Source: Planctomycetota bacterium (lineage in GTDB: Bacteria; Planctomycetota; Phycisphaerae; Phycisphaerales; UBA5793). Taken from it: a stretch of 64,000 bases of DNA. The position numbers and the translations under genes were made by a program. The notes beneath the pieces are model-generated. The model ran no database searches. It worked only from the letters and a program-made list of their open reading frames with translations, and had not been told where the DNA came from. Of the stretch, positions 38,412 to 46,296 are shown one piece after another. The stretch is taken from NCBI GenBank assembly GCA_963205185.1, contig CAUJHZ010000044.1:23640-87639 (forward strand). Direction: 5' to 3'. The number at the start of each line of letters is the position of its first letter. The first letter of the stretch is position 1.

Positions 38412-38798
38412 ATGAAGTACTCTTGGATCATTGCCGCAGCACTGCTTCTCGTCGGCCGCTCGGCGCTCGCCCAGTGCAACGATTACCAGCTGTCGATCAC
38501 CGGCACCTGCCCCGGCACGGTGACCGTGTTCTGGGGCGGCGCGCCGCCGGCCAGCACCCAGGCGCTGATCATCGGCAACACGCTCGGCTCGTTCACCATT
38601 CCGCCTGGGGCGTGCTTCGGCACCGTCATCTGCATCCAGGGCTCGGTCGGCATGGTGGGCACGCCCTTCTCGACCGGCACGGCGGGCGTGGGATCGATCA
38701 GCGGCACCGCCTCGGCCGGCGCGTGCGGCCGCTACCTCATCGCCGTCACCAACTTCGGCTCGCCGTGCCAGGTGAGCAATCCCGTACAGATTCCATAG
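38412..38798 (+). CDS. Stand-alone type-B C-terminal-domain protein (signal peptide plus domain only, 128 aa)
   Basis: ATG 38412 is preceded by GAAGGAG. MKYSWIIAAALLLVGRSALAQ is followed by ..CPGTVTVFWGGAPP..GSFTIPPGACFGT..ACGRYLIAVTNFGSPCQVSNPVQIP. Confidence 0.7.
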   Translation: MKYSWIIAAALLLVGRSALAQCNDYQLSITGTCPGTVTVFWGGAPPASTQALIIGNTLGSFTIPPGACFGTVICIQGSVGMVGTPFSTGTAGVGSISGTASAGACGRYLIAVTNFGSPCQVSNPVQIP

Positions 38799-38833
38799 CC
38801 TCCGGCCGCGCCAACGCAACGCACCCAACTCGC

Positions 38834-38871
38834 CCAGCGGCCCTGACCCTCGCACGGGAATCAGGGCCGCT
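38834..38871 (+). terminator. Hairpin downstream of 38412..38798 (possible terminator)
   Basis: cagcggccctga-(14 nt)-tcagggccgctg forms a 12-bp stem. No T-run follows. Confidence 0.35.
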
Positions 38872-38954
38872 GTGCTGCGCGCGTTGCAGGCCGCGGCGCG
38901 TTGCTCAGGCACATGAAAGCGTCACGTTCAGGAGTCACTCGTCAGCCGCCGTCT

Positions 38955-39148
38955 TGCGCGCTGGTGCGCAGATTCTCACTCAACCACAGCGTGTTCGGCA
39001 CGAGAAATCCACCCTGATCGAGTGTCGCTTTATCGCTTTGTTCTCGACGATGCGGTCGTCTGCTGGTAGGTTGGAGCAGCGTCTCGCAGTGCTGTCGTCC
39101 ATTGCCGGCGCGACTGGTGGTCGCAATCGTGCCGCAAGAGAGAAGGCC
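38955..39148 (+). repeat. 5' module of cassette locus 3 (conserved non-coding leader)
   Basis: It is a direct copy of 23792..23985. It shares tgcgcgctggtgcgcagattctcactcaaccacagcgtg..ccattg with all three loci. Confidence 0.85.
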
Positions 39149-39463
39149 ATGCCAAACAATCGTACCAGTCCCGTTTTCCTGCCCAACGCGCTTGCCAGTG
39201 CTGGCTTCGCAACCGCTTGTCACAGCGCGCTCCAGTTCGACTCCGGAACGGTGGACGATCCTAGTCGACACCAGGTTGAGGGCTTGCGTGCGACGCAACT
39301 GATCGATCCTGAGAACATGACGGGGCGCCAGTATCTGTTCACTCCAGTCTCCGACTGGTACCTCGACCAGTACGCCGCGCCGGCGCACAAGATCGCTAAC
39401 TTCGTCGTGCATCCGAACGCGTGCGATCCCGAGCACACCTGTCCGGAGTGTCCGCAGCAGTGA
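39149..39463 (+). CDS. Small Cys-rich protein (104 aa), cassette gene 1 (short form), paralog of 23986..24300
   Basis: The ATG is preceded by AGAGAGAAGG. It ends ..NFVVHPNACDPEHTCPECPQQ. It is the only credible part of the 413-aa ORF 38222..39463. Confidence 0.6.
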   Translation: MPNNRTSPVFLPNALASAGFATACHSALQFDSGTVDDPSRHQVEGLRATQLIDPENMTGRQYLFTPVSDWYLDQYAAPAHKIANFVVHPNACDPEHTCPECPQQ

Positions 39464-39522
39464 TTTGGCCGCAGGTGGGCGGAGCGCCTCTCCGCCCACC
39501 ACTTCATTTGGAGATGCCATAC

Positions 39523-40887
39523 ATGCCACGCATCGCTACATTGCCTTTGTGCTTGACCGGCGTAATGACCATCTTCGGACCCGCCGGTGCCGGCGCCCAG
39601 CAGTACCCATATGCGGTTTTCGATCTGCAGGTCCTCAACCCGGAGGCCCCGCACTCGGCCACTCGGGCAATTGCTCAAAACGGGTGCGTCGTTGGCGGCT
39701 CCGACACCGGCCCCGAGTTGCACGCAGTCTTGTGGCCGGCGTTCGGCGGTGCGGTAGATCTCGGCACGCTTTCCGGCGATGACTCCGAGGCGCGAGGCGT
39801 GAACGGCGCTGTGGATATCGTTGGGTCGAGTGGAGACACATTCGGGCCACGTCGCGCATTCCTCTATCGCGACGGTCACATGATCGACCTCGGCACTCTT
39901 GGAGGCGTCGTCAGCGTCGCGAATGACATCAACGAATCCAGTCAGATCGTCGGGTACTCAACGACCGAGGTCACAACTTTGGCCTTCGTCTGGGAAGGTG
40001 GGGCCATGCGGGCCCTCCGTGGACTCGACGAGAGTCAGTCAACGCAGGCGTTTGCCATCAATAATGCCGGCCGTGTTGTCGGGTACTCGTGGCCACCGCA
40101 ATCCGGTCACATCGCCGTTTACTGGGAGAACGAACAGATTGTTGAATTGCCGCGATGGATCGGTCCCAGTGACGCGTTCGCCGTGAATGACCTTGGCCAC
40201 ATCGTTGGGCAAGCCGAATACTCGGCGTCCAAGTATCACGCGGCCGCGTGGGTGGACGGCCAGATCTACGACCTCCACCGCGCCAGCCTCGGGCGCGACA
40301 GTTCCGCCTGGGGCATCAATAATGTCGGCCAGGTCGTCGGGTGGCTCGGTGACGGTCGCACGTTGTTCGTTCGCCAGGCATTTCTCTGGGAACAGCAAGG
40401 CGGCATGCGAACGCTCGACAGCTTGGCGCCACCTCGCTTGCGGAAGAACTGGTCGATCACCATGGCGCACGACATCAACGATGCGGGACAGATCGCCGCG
40501 TATGGCGTCGAGGCTGGTCATCCCCTGATCCTCGTGCCGTTCCTTGTGAGTCCAGTCAATCCGACGATGGAGATGGCGGCGCCATCACCGGGTGTCGCGG
40601 GCACGAGCAACACCATCAGTATCACCGGCGCGACCCCCGGCGCGCGCGTCGTTTTTCTCTACTCCCGCCGCGGCGGTGGCACGCGCATCCCCGGTTGCGA
40701 CTTGCAGCAGAACGCGCTGCAACTCGATCAGCCGACGGTGATTGGCAGCGCCATCGCCGACGCCAACGGCGTGGCCACCATCACCCGCAACGTCCCCCTC
40801 ATCGCCCGCGGCCAGACCATCCTCTTCCAGGCCGTGGTGCAGAACGAGTGCGCCATCAGTCAGTTGGTGGTGCATGAGTTTGAGTGA
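39523..40887 (+). CDS. Secreted HAF-repeat protein with a type-A C-terminal domain (paralog 3)
   Basis: ATG 39523 lies 9-10 nt after GGAG, and ATG 39514 is the alternative. Signal MPRIATLPLCLTGVMTIFGPAGAGAQQ. It has HAF repeats and ends ..ECAISQLVVHEFE. Confidence 0.85.
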   Translation: MPRIATLPLCLTGVMTIFGPAGAGAQQYPYAVFDLQVLNPEAPHSATRAIAQNGCVVGGSDTGPELHAVLWPAFGGAVDLGTLSGDDSEARGVNGAVDIVGSSGDTFGPRRAFLYRDGHMIDLGTLGGVVSVANDINESSQIVGYSTTEVTTLAFVWEGGAMRALRGLDESQSTQAFAINNAGRVVGYSWPPQSGHIAVYWENEQIVELPRWIGPSDAFAVNDLGHIVGQAEYSASKYHAAAWVDGQIYDLHRASLGRDSSAWGINNVGQVVGWLGDGRTLFVRQAFLWEQQGGMRTLDSLAPPRLRKNWSITMAHDINDAGQIAAYGVEAGHPLILVPFLVSPVNPTMEMAAPSPGVAGTSNTISITGATPGARVVFLYSRRGGGTRIPGCDLQQNALQLDQPTVIGSAIADANGVATITRNVPLIARGQTILFQAVVQNECAISQLVVHEFE

Positions 40888-41129
40888 AAGATGCAAGGGA
40901 CCAGGCACTTGGCTCGAGGCACTAGGCACTAGGCATTAGGCATTAGGGAAAGGCATCGAGGCATCAAGGCATCGCGGAGAAGCATCAGGCACTTGGCACT
41001 TGGCAATGGGGAGGGCAGCGAGGCAGCAAGGGCGAGGTCTCCGTTCTCCTTTCTCTTCTCACCTCTCTCGGCGCTGCGCCGCCGCCAATCTCGGCGCTGC
41101 GCCGCCGCCAATCTCGGCGCTTCGCCGTG
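40888..41129 (+). repeat. 3' module of cassette locus 3: long AGGCAY heptamer array, a pyrimidine-rich tail and a duplicated 23-nt unit
   Basis: About 18 units (caggcac ttggctc gaggcac taggcac taggcat taggcat ...), then ctccgttctcctttctcttctcac, then ctcggcgctgcgccgccgccaat repeated about 2.5 times. Confidence 0.85.
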
Positions 41130-44100
41130 TTACTTCAGCGTGCTGAGGTATTCGATGAGGTCGCGGATCTGGCGGCGGGTGAGGTGGGGGGCGACGGGGA
41201 GCATGGCCGAGGGTGGATCGAAGCCTTCGGCGAGCATCGCGTTGGGGTCGAGCAGCGATTGAAGCAGTTGCGCGCGTGTGAGGCGCGAGGCGACGCCGGC
41301 GAGATCGGGCCCGGCTTCGCCGCCCTGGCCATTGATGGCGTGGCAGCGCATGCACGACACGGCCGAACCGCCCGTGAACACTTCGCGGCCGGCGTCGGCA
41401 CTGCCGCCCTGCAGCAGAGCCTGGGGCATTGGGCCCGAGAGATCGACGTCGGGCGGCGCTGCGATGTCGTCGAACCGGTGTGCCGCGAGTTGCGGCGCTT
41501 TGCTGGCGGCGGCGGCTTCGATGACTTCCAGTTGCAGTTCGGCGGGCAGCGTCCCTGACTGCAGGCGCTTGGCCAGGCCGACCAGCGCGCTCAGCGCATC
41601 GGGGTGGTCCATCGCGGTCAGCCCGCGAATCGCCGCCTGCTGTTCGATGATGCTCGCATGATCAAGCGCTTCGATGAAGGCGACGCGGGCGCGATCGGGG
41701 TCGATGCGCGCGATCACATCGCGGGCCATGGCGCGGAGCGCGGGCCGGTCGCAGGCGAGCGCTGCGGCCAGCGCGGCGTCGAACTTCTCATCGCGGTCGC
41801 GGCTGAGTTGGAGCAGCGCCGCAGCGCGATCGACATCGGGCAGCGACGCGTTGAGCACGGCGTTGAGGTTGGCGGTGTTGTCGAGTTGGATGCCGTATTG
41901 CCCGGCGAGCGCGCGGGCGGCGCTGGCGACGGGCGGGGCGGCGTGTTCGATCAGGCCGGGTAGCTTGCGCTCGAGCACGGGCAGGATCGACGCCGGGTCG
42001 CGCTGCGCCGGGTCGACCGGGCGATAGAAGCCGTTCACGCGATCGCGCGGCGAGGGGTCCATCCAGTCGGCCAGGGCGCGGATGGCTTCGAGGCGCATCG
42101 ACATGGGCGCTTGGGGGTTGCGCGCCAGGTCGGCAAGCACGGCGGCGTGGCGCGCCTGCCCGAGGCGCAGGTTGGCGTTGATGGCGCGGCGAAGCAGAGG
42201 CTCGTTGCCCTGCACCTGCGCGCCGGCGCCGATGGGCCGCTCGATGGCGCCGTCGGGAAGAATCCAGCCGACCGCGACGTGATCTTCACCGCCGCCTTCG
42301 CGATGGCGCACTTCGACGGCGTAGCGCCGCCCGGCGACGAGTTGAACCGGTTGCGAGGTCTGCGAGGCCATGGCGTCCCATTGATCGCGTCCGACCCAGC
42401 CGTCGATGGACGCGATGCGCTGGAGATGTGCCGGGCTTTCATCGGTACTGAGATAGAGAATGGAATCGTCATCGCTGGCGATCTGAAAGCGATACGCGCC
42501 GGTCTGCGGGGCGATGATCGTGCCGGTGATGCGGGTGATGAAATCATCGGCGATGCTCTCGCGGCCGGCGAAGATGTCTGTTTCATCCGACTCATCGGGT
42601 TTCACGGCGGAGAAGTCGGCGGCGGCGAGCTGGTCGATCGGCTTTCCAGCCGCGGCACGGAGCACGCGCGAAGAAGCGCTGCGGTACCAGGCGCGGGTGA
42701 AGCGGTGAGGCGACCGGGCCGCTTCGCTCACGTCGAGCATTTCCGCGGAAGCCGGCTTGAGCAGGCCCGCCAGCGCCGGCGTGGCGGCGTCGATGGGCAG
42801 GTCATTGATGGCGCGGGCGGCCTCGGTGACGAGTGATTCATCCTTGTCGGCAAGGAAGTCGGCGATGCGCGGGTCGCCGGCGCGGCGGAGCACGAGCACA
42901 GCCGCGAGGCGCACGGCGGGCGACTCGTCGGCGACGTAGTTCATCACTGCGTCGAGGTCATCCATCCAGTACAGCGCCATGACGCCCGCGTGGCGGAGAT
43001 ACACATCGCGGTTGTCGTTGGTCCAGAGCAGCGTGATGAGATCATCGATGGCGGGCTTGTATTGCAATCGCCCGAGCGCCATCGCGGCGAAGTATTTCAC
43101 ACGCAGCGAATCATCGAGCAGCGCGTTGCGCAGCGCTTCGCCGGCCGGCGTGAACTTCACATCGCCGAGCACGCTGGCGACCTGGGCGCGCACTTCGGCG
43201 TCCGGATCATCGAGCAGATCGGCAACGCGCGCGAGAGGATAATCCGGGTCGGATTGCGGCAGATCGCAACGCCGGGCGATGATGCCCAGGCCCCAGATCG
43301 CGTGCAGGCGCGCGAGTTGATGGCGGCTCTGATGGGCGATTTCGCTGAGGCGCGGGGCGCTTGACAGCCCGCGATCGGCCAGGGCGAACTGGGCTCGAAG
43401 GCGCACGCGCATGTCCGGGTGCTCGAGCAGTGCGACGAGATGCTCATCGCTGCGCTGCTTGAAGCCTTCGCGAAAGAGGCGCTGCACCTCGGCCGCGCGC
43501 GACGCAGCGAGCGTCTGCGGATTCCAGACGGTGTAGATCCGGCCCTCGCCGTTGCCGACCCAGCCGGCGCCCCAGTCGCTGATGTACATCTTCCCGTCGT
43601 AGCCGAAATCGACATCGGTGGCGAGCACGTGCGAAACGAACGTGTGCTGATCGACCATTCGAAAGCCGGCGCCGTCGGGCTCGACGGCGAACGAGACGAT
43701 CTGGCTGCTGTCGTTGCCGCCGCGGAAATCGCAAAGGAAGAAGTGTCCGTCGTAGCGTTGTGGCAGACCGACGCCGGGGTAGTAGACGAACCCGGATGGG
43801 CCGCTGGTGACGTGCGCGACGGGCGGCAGCGTCCACGCGGGCTGGCCCTCGTGGCGCAGTTCCCAGATGCCTTCCTGGCACCACGGGCCGCGCAGGTTGT
43901 CGCCTTCGAGGGTCTGGTAGTTCATGTTCCAGCCGGTTTCGCCGCCGGGCACGAGGTAGACGAGCCGGGCGCGGTCGCCGGCGTCGGAGTTGTTGTCTCC
44001 GGTGAAGAGGTTGCCGAATTGATCGAACGCGAGTTCCTGCGGATTGCGCAGACTGTGATGAACGACTTCGAGGTTGGCGCCGTCGGGTTCGCAGCGGAAG

Positions 44101-44846
44101 ACGGCGCCGGCGTCGGGGCTGTGCAGCACGCGGCCGTCGGGAAGCGTGACGTGATAGCCGCGATCGCCGATGGACCAGTAGAGCCGGCCGTCGGGTCCCC
44201 AGGTGAGGCCGTGCATGTCGTGGCCGCGCAGCGCGATGCGCACCCCAAAGCCCGTGTGCAGCGCGGCCTTGAAGTCGGCCTTGAAATCGCCGTTGCGGTC
44301 CTGCAGCAGCCAGAGGTTGGGAATGTTGGTGAGGTAGACGTCGCCGTCGCGGGCGATGAGACCGGCGGCGGTGCCGTCGAGAGGATTGTTGAATCCATCG
44401 GCGAAGATGTGCGAATCATCGGCGCGCCCGTCGCCGGTCATGTCCACGAGCAGGCGCACGCGATCTTCGTGGTCGGTGTAGTGGGCCATGCCGTTGGACC
44501 GCTTGAACGCCCACTTCTCGTACATCGCCAGTCGGTCCTGCACGGTCTGATTGCTGATGTCATCCATGAGCCAGTAGGGCTGGGCGCGATTGTCTTCAAC
44601 ACCGAGTTCCTGGCGAAAGGATTCAGCGACGAAGACGCGGCCCTGCTCGTCGATGCAGAAGGCGACGGGATCCATGACGAGCGGCTCGGCGGCCCATAAG
44701 GCGGACTCGAAGCCGTCGGGAATGGCCATGGCGCGAAGGGCGCGGACGGGCGCGGGCGTGTCGTCGATGGCGTCCTGGGCGAAGAGCGCGGCAGCGGGGC
44801 AGAGCGCGGTGGCCGCCGTGAGGAGCAGGATGGGTCTGGTCATCAT
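41130..44846 (-). CDS. PVC-type heme-binding protein: dehydrogenase-like beta-propeller, HEAT repeats, a PA14-like domain and C-terminal cytochrome c
   Basis: ATG 44846 gives the signal MMTRPILLLTAATALCPAAALFAQ. Features are ..DVYLTNIPNLWLLQDRNGDFKAD.., HEAT-like ..DPDAEVRAQVASVLG.., PA14-like ..TGAYRFQIASDDDSILYL.., and C-terminal ..SCMRCHAINGQGG. The 247 upstream codons of the ORF are Arg-rich and I rejected them. Confidence 0.9.
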   Translation of the reverse strand: MMTRPILLLTAATALCPAAALFAQDAIDDTPAPVRALRAMAIPDGFESALWAAEPLVMDPVAFCIDEQGRVFVAESFRQELGVEDNRAQPYWLMDDISNQTVQDRLAMYEKWAFKRSNGMAHYTDHEDRVRLLVDMTGDGRADDSHIFADGFNNPLDGTAAGLIARDGDVYLTNIPNLWLLQDRNGDFKADFKAALHTGFGVRIALRGHDMHGLTWGPDGRLYWSIGDRGYHVTLPDGRVLHSPDAGAVFRCEPDGANLEVVHHSLRNPQELAFDQFGNLFTGDNNSDAGDRARLVYLVPGGETGWNMNYQTLEGDNLRGPWCQEGIWELRHEGQPAWTLPPVAHVTSGPSGFVYYPGVGLPQRYDGHFFLCDFRGGNDSSQIVSFAVEPDGAGFRMVDQHTFVSHVLATDVDFGYDGKMYISDWGAGWVGNGEGRIYTVWNPQTLAASRAAEVQRLFREGFKQRSDEHLVALLEHPDMRVRLRAQFALADRGLSSAPRLSEIAHQSRHQLARLHAIWGLGIIARRCDLPQSDPDYPLARVADLLDDPDAEVRAQVASVLGDVKFTPAGEALRNALLDDSLRVKYFAAMALGRLQYKPAIDDLITLLWTNDNRDVYLRHAGVMALYWMDDLDAVMNYVADESPAVRLAAVLVLRRAGDPRIADFLADKDESLVTEAARAINDLPIDAATPALAGLLKPASAEMLDVSEAARSPHRFTRAWYRSASSRVLRAAAGKPIDQLAAADFSAVKPDESDETDIFAGRESIADDFITRITGTIIAPQTGAYRFQIASDDDSILYLSTDESPAHLQRIASIDGWVGRDQWDAMASQTSQPVQLVAGRRYAVEVRHREGGGEDHVAVGWILPDGAIERPIGAGAQVQGNEPLLRRAINANLRLGQARHAAVLADLARNPQAPMSMRLEAIRALADWMDPSPRDRVNGFYRPVDPAQRDPASILPVLERKLPGLIEHAAPPVASAARALAGQYGIQLDNTANLNAVLNASLPDVDRAAALLQLSRDRDEKFDAALAAALACDRPALRAMARDVIARIDPDRARVAFIEALDHASIIEQQAAIRGLTAMDHPDALSALVGLAKRLQSGTLPAELQLEVIEAAAASKAPQLAAHRFDDIAAPPDVDLSGPMPQALLQGGSADAGREVFTGGSAVSCMRCHAINGQGGEAGPDLAGVASRLTRAQLLQSLLDPNAMLAEGFDPPSAMLPVAPHLTRRQIRDLIEYLSTLK

Positions 44847-44996
44847 GGCCGCATTGTAATCGGCTCGGCCGGTTGGAATCGCGCCGGCTGCGGACAGTCT
44901 CGGGAAGGTGCGCGTGCTACACTGGACCGCTCCCGGGCCGCTGCCACGCCGGATCCGAAGCGAGTGTCCCAACATTTCCTTTTGCGGAGACATCCC

Positions 44997-45746
44997 ATGT
45001 TTGCGCGCGTGGCCGTCCTTTCGTATGGCGTCATCGCCTACTTCGTGTTCTTCTTCACGTTTCTTTACGCGATCGGGTTTGTCGGCAACTGGGTGGTGCC
45101 CAAGACGATCGACTCGGGCGAAGCCGGTCCGCTGGCGACGTCGCTCATCATCAACGCGCTGCTGCTGAGCGTGTTCGTGGTGCAGCACACCGTGATGGCC
45201 CGGCCGCGATTCAAGAAGTGGATCACGCAGTTCATCCCCGTGGCGATTGAGCGGAGTACGTTTGTGCTGCTGGCCAGCGCTTCGCTCATTCTCGTCTTTG
45301 CGTTCTGGCAGCCGGCGCCGGGAGTGATCTATGACGCGAGCGCGACGTGGGCGAAGTGGCCGCTGATTCTGCTGTCGCTGGCGGGGTGGGCGACGGTGCT
45401 GCTCTCGTCGTTTGTCATCAGCCACTTCGATCTCTTCGGGCTGAGGCAGGTGTACCTGCACTGGCGGCAGACGGACTACCACCACCTGCCGTTCAACATT
45501 CGCGGCATCTACAAACTCGTGCGCCACCCGCTGATGGTCGGGTTCCTCATCGCGTTCTGGGCCACGCCGAAGATGACGGTGGGCCACTTGTTCTTCGCGG
45601 TGATGACGACGATCTACATCTTCATCGGCGTGTGGTTCGAAGAGCGCGACCTCGTGACGTACTTCGGCGAGAAGTACCTCGGCTATCGCGCCGCGGTGCG
45701 CGGCTTTGTGCCGATTCCAAAGAAGGGTCCGCGGTCAGGCGGTTGA
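44997..45746 (+). CDS. Membrane methyltransferase of the ICMT / MddA-like family
   Basis: Multi-pass membrane protein with ..VISHFDLFGLRQV.. and ..VRHPLMVGFLIAFWATP..E.RDL...FG..Y..Y, the pattern of isoprenylcysteine carboxyl methyltransferase-like enzymes. ATG 44997 follows GGAGA. Confidence 0.8.
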   Translation: MFARVAVLSYGVIAYFVFFFTFLYAIGFVGNWVVPKTIDSGEAGPLATSLIINALLLSVFVVQHTVMARPRFKKWITQFIPVAIERSTFVLLASASLILVFAFWQPAPGVIYDASATWAKWPLILLSLAGWATVLLSSFVISHFDLFGLRQVYLHWRQTDYHHLPFNIRGIYKLVRHPLMVGFLIAFWATPKMTVGHLFFAVMTTIYIFIGVWFEERDLVTYFGEKYLGYRAAVRGFVPIPKKGPRSGG

Positions 45747-45873
45747 CCTCGATCTCCGGAACGGGAAAACGACCGCGAAATGTGAAACTCCCACGCGTGG
45801 ATCGGGAAGAAGTCTCGGGGCCGAGCCTTTAATACTGCGTGAATACTGCGTGAGTCGGTCAGCCCGATGCCGG

Positions 45874-46296
45874 ATGGCTATCGAGGGAGCGATGCACCAC
45901 GCCAACCTGGTCTTTGCCTGGATCTGGATTGTCCTGGGTCTGATTGCCGGGGCCGTGCTGGGCATTGGATTTCATCGCGAAGACTGGATGGGGGGGTTCG
46001 ACTCGTGGCGCCGGCGGCTCATGCGACTGGGCCACATCGCGTTCCTCGGCACGGCGATGATCAATCTCGGTTTCGCTTTCACGGTTCAGCTCTTTGAGTT
46101 GCACGCATCGATGCTCCCGCTGGCGGGCTGGCTGCTCATCGTCGGCGCGGTGTCGATGCCACTGATGTGCTATCTCGCGGCGTGGCGCCAGTCCTTGCGC
46201 AATCTGTTTGTCGTACCTGTCATCTCGCTGATCGGTGGAGTTGGCCTGTTCGTGTACGTGATCCTCGCATCGGATCTTGCAGGAGCGGCGCCATGA
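45874..46296 (+). CDS. Small multi-pass membrane protein (140 aa)
   Basis: Four predicted hydrophobic helices. Its stop overlaps the radical SAM start (ATGA). I chose ATG 45874 inside ORF 45706..46296. Confidence 0.6.
   Translation: MAIEGAMHHANLVFAWIWIVLGLIAGAVLGIGFHREDWMGGFDSWRRRLMRLGHIAFLGTAMINLGFAFTVQLFELHASMLPLAGWLLIVGAVSMPLMCYLAAWRQSLRNLFVVPVISLIGGVGLFVYVILASDLAGAAP

Noticed and set aside
44847-45587. A 247-codon upstream extension of the giant PVC-type protein ORF
   Set aside because: It is Arg/His/Glu-rich with no motif. It overlaps the divergent ICMT-like gene. MMTRPILLLTAATALCPAAALFAQ at 44846 is a proper signal peptide.
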